From Alkanindiges sp. WGS2144 (lineage in GTDB: Bacteria > Pseudomonadota > Gammaproteobacteria > Pseudomonadales > Moraxellaceae): 32,000 bases of DNA. The notes under the pieces were generated by a model, which had not been told where the DNA came from, did not search any database, and was given only the letters and a program-made list of their open reading frames with translations. Positions 8,940-15,996 of this stretch are shown here, piece by piece. Position numbers and translations under genes: made by a program. Position 1 is the stretch's first letter; every line of letters begins with the position of its first letter. The DNA lies in assembly GCF_043950625.1 (NCBI RefSeq), contig NZ_CP171007.1. One strand, 5' to 3'.

Positions 8940-9320
8940 TTAGGCGACCTGCACTGGAATGACATTCGCTGTATGGTTTACCGTATTATCAGGGTTGGCA
9001 TAGACCAGACGGGGCTTATAAGCTTTGAGCTCAGATTCATTATAGGTACCAAATGCAGCAATAATAATAATATCACCAACATCTGCATGGTGCGCCGCAC
9101 CACCATTCACGGAAATAATGCCAGAATTGTCTTCGCCACGAATGGCATAGGTTGTAAAGCGCTTACCGTTGGTAACATTCCACACCTGAATTTGCTCGTA
9201 TTCCAGCAACCCTGCCAGATCCATTAGCTTGCCGTCGATGGCACAGGAACCTTCATAATGCAGTTCCGCATGAGTTACCACCGCACGATGGATCTTACAT
9301 TTAAGCATATGAGTTTGCAT
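8940..9320 (-). CDS. panD: Aspartate 1-decarboxylase proenzyme
   Basis: 126-aa [63 protein letters not shown]... It is near-colinear with E. coli PanD, including the self-cleavage site YEGS. Confidence 0.95.
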   Translation of the reverse strand: MQTHMLKCKIHRAVVTHAELHYEGSCAIDGKLMDLAGLLEYEQIQVWNVTNGKRFTTYAIRGEDNSGIISVNGGAAHHADVGDIIIIAAFGTYNESELKAYKPRLVYANPDNTVNHTANVIPVQVA

Positions 9321-9633
9321 GGCAAGTGTCTCCTGGGGAGTAAGCTAGGCAACGTAGGCAAATAGCAAGGGTTTTATGACTATTCTGGCTACGTTTTTAA
9401 ACGGCGTCATTTTGCCGTGTTCACGTCGGTGCTGCAAGCGCTTTTACATTGAAAATGCCTCACTTAAACGTAGCAGCATGGTTTTAGGCATTTTAACCTG
9501 AATATTCCTGTTCAATAATGTACCTTGGCTACAAAACGAATGGAGTAGTGCAGGAATGAGGTTTGGTTATAGGGTAAATGGTTTTAAGGATTAGAGAGTA
9601 TTACTCCCTAAAAGGCTTAAAATGTAATTCTCG

Positions 9634-9739
9634 TCTTGCGCTCGGACAGGGATTCTCAATCCCTGCTTACCTTCGCCACTCGAGCTTAGCTCTCGTCTTG
9701 CGCTCGGGTCGAGCAATGCTCGACTCATCCTCGCTCAGG
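9634..9739 (-). repeat. Mosaic hairpin repeat, locus C (inverted orientation relative to loci A and B)
   Basis: The minus strand reads CCTGAGCGAGGA-tgagt-[TCGAGCAtTGCTCGA]-cCCGAGCGCAAGA-c[GAGCTaAGCTC]..GCGAAGG-taag-[CAGGGATTgagAATCCCTG]-tCCGAGCGCAAGA. The first ~45 nt share linkers, spacing and hairpin core with locus A (12010-12054), although the stem and 5-nt spacer bases differ. It overlaps the last 15 nt of pth. Confidence 0.7.
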
Positions 9740-10312
9740 CTTGAACGCGTTAAGCTGATTCATGGCTTTGGCAAGTTGGCCACTAAGCAGTAAATGGGTA
9801 TGCTGTAGCGCTTGTTCAATGGCCTGATCCAATAATTGCTGTTCGGCTGCTGGTGCTTTACCCAGTACATGACTGGTTACTTTTTCGCGCGAGCCCGGAT
9901 GACCAATACCAATGCGTAGTCGATGAAAATCACTGCCAATATGCGGTACGATATCCCGCAAACCATTGTGGCCGCCATGACCTCCACCACTTTTTAGGCG
10001 AATATGACCAGTAGGCATGTCTAGCTCATCATGCGCAATTAAAATTTGATCAATAGGAATCTGAAAAAATTTGACAAACGGAGCAACCGATTGCCCGGAG
10101 CGGTTCATATAAGTCATGGGCAGCAATAATCTGACTTCCTGACCTTCTATTTCACCGCGTCCGGAATAAGCAGAAAACTTGGAATCCTGCTTAAGGTTAA
10201 TGCGGTATTGGTCGGCCAATTGCTCAACATACCAAAAACCTGCATTGTGTCGGGTATGGGCATATTCGGCACCCGGATTACCCAAACCCACGATGAGAGA
10301 TAATTTACTCAA
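9725..10312 (-). CDS. pth: Peptidyl-tRNA hydrolase
   Basis: 195-aa ORF MSKLSLIVGLGNPGAEYAHTRHNAGFW...MNRSGQSV...HDELD...GGHGGHNGLRDI. These are canonical Pth motifs. Order is rplY-pth. Confidence 0.95.
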   Translation of the reverse strand: MSKLSLIVGLGNPGAEYAHTRHNAGFWYVEQLADQYRINLKQDSKFSAYSGRGEIEGQEVRLLLPMTYMNRSGQSVAPFVKFFQIPIDQILIAHDELDMPTGHIRLKSGGGHGGHNGLRDIVPHIGSDFHRLRIGIGHPGSREKVTSHVLGKAPAAEQQLLDQAIEQALQHTHLLLSGQLAKAMNQLNAFKPERG

Positions 10313-10337
10313 CGTTTTTACTCAATAACCAAAAGGC

Positions 10338-10952
10338 TTATTCAGCACTTTCTTCGGCTGCGGCTGCACCACCAGCTGGAGGCTGGATGCTTGCAACAGC
10401 TGCGTTATGGTCAGCACCTTGTTCAAGCGCAACAATTTTTACGCCTTCTGGAAGTTGCAAGTCAGCCAGGTGAATCACTGTACCTACTTCAACCTGAGCC
10501 AGATCAACTTCAATGGATTGTGGCAGGTTGGCAGGCAGGCTGGAAATTTCTATATCGTTAGTGATGATAGAAAGAACACCACCTTGCTGTTTAACACCGA
10601 TAGCGCTTTCCTGGTTAATAAAGTGCAGGGGAACGCGCACAGTCACTGGCTGGTCTGCTTCAACACGCAGGAAATCAGCATGCATTGGGGCATTTTTGGC
10701 AGGATGACGCTGGAGTGCTTTTAACACAACAGATTGTGCCTGACCGTCAACATTTAGCGAAATTACCTGAGAATAAAACGCTTCATTTTCCAGCGCTTTT
10801 ACTAGGTCTTTAAATGCAACAGAAATAGACTGTGGTGCCTGAGCCCCGCCATAAACAATGGCAGGTACCAGATTGGCATGACGCAGGCGGCGGCTCGCAC
10901 CTTTCCCTTGAGTGTCACGCGCTACAGCGTTTAGGTTTAAGTTATTGCTCAT
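10338..10952 (-). CDS. rplY: 50S ribosomal protein L25 / general stress protein Ctc (long form)
   Basis: ORF 10338..11003, started at ATG 10952 (MSNNLNLNAVARDTQGKGASRRLRHANLVPAIVYGG...) with AAGGAA SD upstream. The longer ORF start would run through a terminator-like hairpin. The C-terminal Ctc-type extension ends in an A/E-rich tail. Confidence 0.9.
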   Translation of the reverse strand: MSNNLNLNAVARDTQGKGASRRLRHANLVPAIVYGGAQAPQSISVAFKDLVKALENEAFYSQVISLNVDGQAQSVVLKALQRHPAKNAPMHADFLRVEADQPVTVRVPLHFINQESAIGVKQQGGVLSIITNDIEISSLPANLPQSIEVDLAQVEVGTVIHLADLQLPEGVKIVALEQGADHNAAVASIQPPAGGAAAAEESAE

Positions 10953-10970
10953 GATATTTCCTTCATGGTT

Positions 10971-11000
10971 AAAAAAAGCTGAACTTGCGACCAGTTCAGC
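10971..11000 (-). terminator. Intrinsic-terminator-like hairpin after prs, sitting in the rplY leader
   Basis: Minus strand: GCTGAACT-ggtcgca-AGTTCAGC followed by TTTTTTT. Only 18 nt, containing the SD, separate the U-tract from the rplY ATG. Confidence 0.6.
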
Positions 11001-11049
11001 CATTGATTAATTTTACCTGCCAGTAAGCTGGTAAAGTTAAAAGCTTTTG

Positions 11050-12003
11050 TCAGACGTTTTCATCAAACATCGCACTAATGGATTCTTCATTATTGATCCG
11101 GCGGACTGTTTCGGCAACCATGGCAGAAACAGATACCTGGCGTATCTTAGCACATTGCTGCGCCGCTTCCGATAAAGGAATGGTGTCGGTAACCACGAGT
11201 TCATCAATCACTGAGTTTTCAAGGTTACTAATGGCAGAGCCTGATAATACAGGATGGGTACAGTAGGCCACTACACGACGTGCACCATGCTTTTTAAGTG
11301 CTTCTGCTGCCTTGCATAAAGTACCGGCAGTATCCACCATGTCATCTACAATGACGCAATCACGGTTTGCCACATCGCCGATAATATGCATGACTTGTGA
11401 TTCATTCGGCTTGGGGCGGCGTTTATCAATAATTGCCAGCTCTACATCGCCCATTTGTTTGGCAATCGCGCGGGCACGCACCACACCACCGATATCAGGA
11501 GAGACGACAATCAGGTCATCATATTTTTGTTGACGCAGGTCGGCCAGCAAAATAGGTGAGCCATAAATGTTGTCAACGGGAATGTCAAAGAAGCCCTGAA
11601 TCTGGTCAGCATGCAGGTCGATCATTACGACGCGGTCAATACCTACAGTGGTTAACATGTCAGCAACGACTTTGGCGGTAATTGGTACGCGGGCAGAGCG
11701 CGGACGACGATCCTGACGGGCATAGCCAAAATAGGGAATAACAGCGGTAATCCGGCCAGCACTTGAGCGACGCAGCGCATCAGCCATGACCAGAACTTCC
11801 ATCAGGTTGTCGTTGGTGGGGCAGCAGGTAGGTTGTACAATAAATACATCCTTGCCGCGCACGTTTTCGGTAATTTCAACGGCAATTTCACCATCCGAAA
11901 AACGGTCTACAACTGCAGAACCCAAAGGAACATGAAGATGGCTGACAACTTTATGTGCCAGTGTAGGGTGGGCATTTCCACTGAAAACGACAAGATTGGG
12001 CAT
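11050..12003 (-). CDS. prs: Ribose-phosphate pyrophosphokinase (PRPP synthetase)
   Basis: 317-aa [22 protein letters not shown]...[11 protein letters not shown]...[10 protein letters not shown]...[17 protein letters not shown]...[13 protein letters not shown]...[11 protein letters not shown]. It is colinear with E. coli Prs. Confidence 0.96.
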   Translation of the reverse strand: MPNLVVFSGNAHPTLAHKVVSHLHVPLGSAVVDRFSDGEIAVEITENVRGKDVFIVQPTCCPTNDNLMEVLVMADALRRSSAGRITAVIPYFGYARQDRRPRSARVPITAKVVADMLTTVGIDRVVMIDLHADQIQGFFDIPVDNIYGSPILLADLRQQKYDDLIVVSPDIGGVVRARAIAKQMGDVELAIIDKRRPKPNESQVMHIIGDVANRDCVIVDDMVDTAGTLCKAAEALKKHGARRVVAYCTHPVLSGSAISNLENSVIDELVVTDTIPLSEAAQQCAKIRQVSVSAMVAETVRRINNEESISAMFDENV

Positions 12004-12009
12004 GTAACA

Positions 12010-12240
12010 CCTGAGCGAGGAAAATGCGGAGCACTGCTCCGCCCGAGCGCAAGAGGAAAATCTGTGATTTTCCTGCGAAGAAAAGCCTTATGAGGCAGTG
12101 CCTCTCATGCTTCGCCTGAGCGCAAGGGAAAAATCTATGATTTTTCCGCGAGGTTAAAGCGGACTTAAAGCATTGCTTTAAGATTCACCTGAGCGCAAAG
12201 GAAGAATCTACAATTATTTCAAAGCGTGCAAATGCTGCTA
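12010..12240 (+). repeat. Mosaic hairpin repeat array, locus A (~2.5-3 units of ~70-75 nt)
   Basis: Linkers: CCTGAGCGAGGA (12010), CCGAGCGCAAGA (12043), GCGAAGA (12075), CCTGAGCGCAAGG (12115), GCGAGG (12148), CCTGAGCGCAAAGG (12188). They alternate with hairpins: CGGAGCAcTGCTCCG (12027-12041), GGAAAATCtgtGATTTTCC (12055-12073), GAGGCAgTGCCTC (12092-12104), GGAAAAATCtatGATTTTTCC (12127-12147), CTTAAAGCAtTGCTTTAAG (12164-12182). The last unit is decayed. Confidence 0.75.
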
Positions 12241-12303
12241 TTTCATCTATGACAGAAGTTTGATGTTTTTCTGATAGATTCAGGAAAAAGCAAGCTTAAA
12301 ATA

Positions 12304-12378
12304 TGGCAGGGGCGGCTGGATTCGAACCAACGGATGCCGGGATCAAAACCCGGTGCCTTACCACTTGGCGACGCCCCT
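12304..12378 (-). tRNA. tRNA-Gln (anticodon UUG), CCA encoded
   Basis: The minus strand reads AGGGGCGUCGCCAAGUGGUAAGGCACCGGGUUUUGAUCCCGGCAUCCGUUGGUUCGAAUCCAGCCGCCCCUGCCA. It folds as a cloverleaf with anticodon loop UU-UUG-AU and a GGUUCGAAUCC T-arm. It closely resembles E. coli tRNA-Gln. Confidence 0.95.
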
Positions 12379-12390
12379 GAGGTACGATTA

Positions 12391-12446
12391 ACAAAGCACT
12401 GCTTTGTCGTATCGCAAGACCAAAATCTTTGATTTTGGTGCGGCGG
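12391..12446 (+). repeat. Mosaic hairpin repeat, locus B (single unit inside the pre-tRNA-Gln leader)
   Basis: ACAAAGCAcTGCTTTGT (12391-12407), then gtaTCGCAAGA, then CCAAAATCtttGATTTTGG (12420-12438), then tGCGGCGG. The architecture is the same as locus A units, with the GG/CC stem ends swapped to CC/GG. Confidence 0.65.
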
Positions 12447-12448
12447 AA

Positions 12449-12477
12449 ACTATAGTGTTGTTGCTTTAATCTGTCAA
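12449..12477 (-). promoter_or_regulatory. Strong sigma70-type promoter driving the downstream tRNA-Gln copy
   Basis: The minus strand reads TTGACA (12477-12472), a 17-nt spacer, then TATAGT (12454-12449). A/T-rich sequence lies upstream (UP-like), and a GC-rich discriminator (ttccgccgc) lies downstream, typical of stable-RNA promoters. Confidence 0.65.
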
Positions 12478-12564
12478 GAAAATTTACATAAAACTGTGAT
12501 GTAAAGTCTTGAATCTGAGCACCAAAAAGAACACCAAGTTCCTGTTGTGAAATAAACCGTTAAA

Positions 12565-12639
12565 TGGCAGGGGCGGCTGGATTCGAACCAACGGATGCCG
12601 GGATCAAAACCCGGTGCCTTACCACTTGGCGACGCCCCT
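12565..12639 (-). tRNA. tRNA-Gln (anticodon UUG), CCA encoded, second identical copy
   Basis: 75/75 identity to the copy at 12304-12378. The two copies are tandem, 261 nt apart. Confidence 0.95.
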
Positions 12640-12648
12640 AAGCACTAT

Positions 12649-12671
12649 AAAATACGCTGAGAACGTATTTT
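12649..12671 (-). terminator. A/T-rich hairpin between the ispE stop and tRNA-Gln (weak terminator or processing structure)
   Basis: Minus strand: AAAATACG-ttctcag-CGTATTTT, 8 nt after the ispE stop and 9 nt before the mature tRNA 5' end. The low GC content makes terminator function uncertain. Confidence 0.35.
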
Positions 12672-12678
12672 AACGGTT

Positions 12679-13515
12679 TTATAGCAAACCCAGTTGCTGA
12701 TGTACAGGTGACTGTTGTAGCCCATGACAAAAGAAACTCTTGCATGGCGCCTGCTGCATAATTTGAGTGATATTCTGTCCGGATGTAACCGGTAGAAATA
12801 CACATGCACCAGTTCCTGTTAAGCGAGCCTGACCAAACTGGTTTAAGTAGGTCAGTGCTTCTGCAACCTGTGGATATAATTTTTTGGCAATGGCCTCAAA
12901 ATTATTGGCAAATTGCAGCGGGTATTGCTGATAGGCGGCAAATGTAGTTTCTGGCGTATTTCTTGTCAATGTTTCTTGCGAAAAAAGTTGCTTAGTGCTG
13001 ATAAAACAATCAGGCTTGAGCACAATATAGTCAGTTTTGGGTAAATCAACAGCAACCAGCCGTTCTCCTACACCGTCAGCCCAGGCATTTTTCCCCAGTA
13101 CAAATACAGGTACATCGGCGCCCAGTTTAACGCCCAGTTGCGCCAGTTCGGTTAAATTCAGGCCAGTTTGCCATAGCTGATTCAAGGCCAGTAAAGTGGT
13201 TGCCGCATTGGATGAGCCGCCGCCTACCCCGCCGCCTACAGGTATGCTTTTCTCTAGATGAATATGACAGCCGCCTGTATAACCTGTATGCTGTTTTAGC
13301 AGTTGTGCTGCCTTGAGGATAATATTGTCCTGGCTTTTAAGCTGCTCAAGCGTATTGACCTGCAAGCTGCCGTGGTTTGTGTCAAAACTGAGCACATCGT
13401 ACAGGTCGATTAGCTGAAAAATGGTTTGCAGGTTGTGATAGCCATCATTTCGTCTGGCGGTAATATGCAAAAACAGGTTTAATTTGGCCGGAGAAAGCAG
13501 ACTTAGCTGGGTCAT
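12679..13515 (-). CDS. ispE: 4-diphosphocytidyl-2-C-methyl-D-erythritol kinase
   Basis: 278-aa ORF MTQLSLLSPAKLNLFLHITARRNDGYHNLQTIF...IPVGGGVGGGSSNAATTLLALN... These are GHMP-kinase motifs. Order is lolB-ispE-tRNA-Gln-prs. Confidence 0.93.
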   Translation of the reverse strand: MTQLSLLSPAKLNLFLHITARRNDGYHNLQTIFQLIDLYDVLSFDTNHGSLQVNTLEQLKSQDNIILKAAQLLKQHTGYTGGCHIHLEKSIPVGGGVGGGSSNAATTLLALNQLWQTGLNLTELAQLGVKLGADVPVFVLGKNAWADGVGERLVAVDLPKTDYIVLKPDCFISTKQLFSQETLTRNTPETTFAAYQQYPLQFANNFEAIAKKLYPQVAEALTYLNQFGQARLTGTGACVFLPVTSGQNITQIMQQAPCKSFFCHGLQQSPVHQQLGLL

Positions 13516-14132
13516 TGTTGCACTGCGTCCGTACGGTTTTGAATAGTTAGGGTGACTTTGTTTTCACCAGTTTGCAGCGTTTGCACCATGAGTAATTTAT
13601 AGGGCAGTTTTTCAGCATCCTGATAGCTAAATTGCACTTGCCAGCCACCTTCTTTGAGCTGACTTAAACGTTGTTGCTCGTCGTATTGTACCTGCGCCTG
13701 ACTGGAGGCCGGTTTGCCCTGAATCCAGCTCACCAGCCAGGAAATAGGCGTTTGCCAGCCGGTGGCTTTATATAGCAATTCTTCTGGTGTATCGGCTTGT
13801 AGCGTGCCTGTTTTAGCGCTGCTCAGGCTTACTTGACCCGGTATGCCTTCAATACGGGTTTGTCCGATTCCTAAAGCCCCAGTCAGGTCGATGGCAAAAT
13901 AATCATTTACCTGAGTCCAGGCATAAAAAGCACTACCGTTTTGTTGCGGGGTACGCACGCCAATTTTGCCACTTACGCTAAACTGAACATCAATGGCCTG
14001 TTGCCCGACTAGCGGTGTGCTTAAAACAGGGGCTTTCAAAGTACGCTGACAACCGGCCAGGTTTAATAGCAGGCAACTGCTAAGGATGAGCAGGCATAAA
14101 CGGGAGGGCTGAAAAGAATGTTCGAACGTCAT
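13512..14132 (-). CDS. lolB: Outer-membrane lipoprotein LolB
   Basis: 206-aa ORF with a signal peptide and lipobox (LLLNLAGCQ). Its stop overlaps the ispE start (ATGA at 13512-13515). Position between the TPR protein and ispE is conserved. Confidence 0.85.
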   Translation of the reverse strand: MTFEHSFQPSRLCLLILSSCLLLNLAGCQRTLKAPVLSTPLVGQQAIDVQFSVSGKIGVRTPQQNGSAFYAWTQVNDYFAIDLTGALGIGQTRIEGIPGQVSLSSAKTGTLQADTPEELLYKATGWQTPISWLVSWIQGKPASSQAQVQYDEQQRLSQLKEGGWQVQFSYQDAEKLPYKLLMVQTLQTGENKVTLTIQNRTDAVQQ

Positions 14133-14232
14133 GATTATAAATGATGGTTTTGATGGGCGTTATTGTAGGGTAGTCACCGGCAGGGCGTTATGCAAATTTG
14201 TATTTTTGCAGAAAAAACTTACTCAAAACAGC

Positions 14233-15879
14233 TTACTGTAGGGCAATAACCTGTTGATTGTCTGGATGTCTGGTCTGGAGCTGGGTTTTTAGTTGTTGAT
14301 ACGCTGCATTATCTCCTGCTGCCTGGTAGGTTTTGACCAGTCGCAGGGCAATGTTTAGGTTATCTCCAAGGCTTAAGGCTTTTTGCAGTACTTGAACCGC
14401 TGTGCTGTAATCCTGCTGTAAAAAGGCCACCAGTCCCAGAGTATCCAGAATAGCTGGCTGATTGGGTGCCAGAGCATTGGCACGTTCGGCCAGTTGGCGG
14501 GCATCATGCAGGCGGCGGTTCTGGGTAGCCAGTGTGTAGGCGTAGGCATTGAGGTAAGTTGGGCTGTTAGGTTCAATGCTTAGTAAGCGTTCCAGTTCCT
14601 GATCCAGCAATTCCTGTTCAGTCGGTTTTAACAATAAAACCCGGGCATAAATAAGTTCGGGATCATCAGGAACATTTTCAAGCGCTTCGTCAAGCAACAA
14701 GCGGGCAGCATCCAGTTGTCCGTGATCTTTTAATAGCTGTACCTGAAGTTGATACAGGAAACTGGCAGCCTCGGGATGATTGACCCGCTCCTGTGTCAGG
14801 TAAGAAATAGCCGGAGCCAGTGCCTGTTGTGCCACCAGCATGATTGCCAATTTTTTCTGGGCACTTTGATACAGAGTGCCTTCTACTTTTTTGTAGTAAC
14901 TGGCGGCCTGTTCAAATTTGTGTTGCCGCTGGGCATTAATACCCAGATAGTAATAAGCCTGATCCATATAGGCTTCCTGCTGAAGCAGGTGACCAAGATA
15001 GCGCTCAGCTTTGTCATGCTGTTTTTCATCAATGCTCACCAGTCCGGCCAGAAGCAGGATTTCACTATCATCCGGCCAGCGCTTGATCATATTGTCCAGT
15101 TTTTTGAGAGCTTTTTGCTGTTCATCCTGCTTGAGCAAATAGCGGACTTCAAACAGTTGCAGACTTTTATTGGTGGATTGTAGCCGGGTTTGCCGGTCTA
15201 GCCATTGTGCCAGTTCCCTGTGTTTGCCCTGAGCCATCAGAATGTTGGCTTTTAGGGTCATAAAAGCGGTCACATCACTACGTTTTTTCAAGGCACGATT
15301 AATGCGTTTGAGTGCATCATCCAGTTGACCATTCTGGGCTTGCAGACCTGCCATGAGTACCAATAAGGAGGGGTTGTCGTGCATGTCCAGATGCATGAGG
15401 GCATTGAGCAGTTGCTGGCGATCCTGTTCACTTTCGGGGTAAATACCGGCAAGCACCTGATCCAGCGCAACATCGGCATCTACATTGAGTATTTTATCCA
15501 GTGTTTGTGCTGCCAGTGGGTAGTCATGGGTTTTTAAGGCCAGATGCGCCAGATAAAACTGTGCAGGGGTATCCTGGGGTTCATGCTCTACCCAGTATCT
15601 GGCAATACTGAGGGCACCCGGTTCATCATGTGCATCAATAGAGACAGTAAGAGCGCGTTCCAGCAGACTGGGGGTCAGGGTTTCAAAAGCCATGTGTTGG
15701 TACAGAGCCACGGCTTGAGGCTGCTGCTGCCTGGCTAACAGGAACTCGGCCTGCATGCTACGGCTAAAATGATTATTGACTGGCCGGAGTATGGTTGTAC
15801 TGTTTTTAAAGGCATAGGCTGGTTGCAACATCATTACTCCCCCTAACAGCATGCCGTAAACGTACTGCCGTTTAGTCAT
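14233..15879 (-). CDS. Tetratricopeptide-repeat protein with N-terminal signal/anchor (conserved hemA-divergent, lolB-upstream gene)
   Basis: ORF 14233..15960, started at ATG 15879 (MTKRQYVYGMLLGGVMMLQPAYAF...). Repeated A/Y/L-rich TPR-like helices occur throughout. The longer start would overlap the extended hemA ORF and lacks a signal-peptide context. Confidence 0.75.
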   Translation of the reverse strand: MTKRQYVYGMLLGGVMMLQPAYAFKNSTTILRPVNNHFSRSMQAEFLLARQQQPQAVALYQHMAFETLTPSLLERALTVSIDAHDEPGALSIARYWVEHEPQDTPAQFYLAHLALKTHDYPLAAQTLDKILNVDADVALDQVLAGIYPESEQDRQQLLNALMHLDMHDNPSLLVLMAGLQAQNGQLDDALKRINRALKKRSDVTAFMTLKANILMAQGKHRELAQWLDRQTRLQSTNKSLQLFEVRYLLKQDEQQKALKKLDNMIKRWPDDSEILLLAGLVSIDEKQHDKAERYLGHLLQQEAYMDQAYYYLGINAQRQHKFEQAASYYKKVEGTLYQSAQKKLAIMLVAQQALAPAISYLTQERVNHPEAASFLYQLQVQLLKDHGQLDAARLLLDEALENVPDDPELIYARVLLLKPTEQELLDQELERLLSIEPNSPTYLNAYAYTLATQNRRLHDARQLAERANALAPNQPAILDTLGLVAFLQQDYSTAVQVLQKALSLGDNLNIALRLVKTYQAAGDNAAYQQLKTQLQTRHPDNQQVIALQ

Positions 15880-15996
15880 TGTGTTAAGAGGGGGGAGAAA
15901 AGAGGGTTGCAAGGTAATTCCTATTCTGAATTGTTTGAGTTTATAGTGGGGATAACGCACAATAGCACATATTTTTTTGGCGGCAATCCACGCAAT

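Noticed and set aside
9578-9793. A 71-aa plus-strand ORF spanning the repeat element and the pth 3' end
   Set aside because: It reads through palindromic repeat DNA and antisense to pth. It has no SD, and its composition is driven by the repeats (SLALVLRSG...).
12010-12240. Possibility that the hairpin array is a small CRISPR array
   Set aside because: The conserved pieces are only ~9-14 nt. The palindromic parts are the variable parts, the opposite of CRISPR. Spacing is irregular (33/70/75 nt). No cas genes or leader are present.
15880-15996. Long N-terminal extensions of the TPR gene (to 15960) and hemA (from 15907) given in the ORF track, which would overlap each other divergently
   Set aside because: Internal ATGs at 15879 and 15997 give N-termini that match a signal peptide and the conserved HemA start (MGFFALGINH), respectively. 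The extensions have no homology-like features and would eliminate the shared promoter region.
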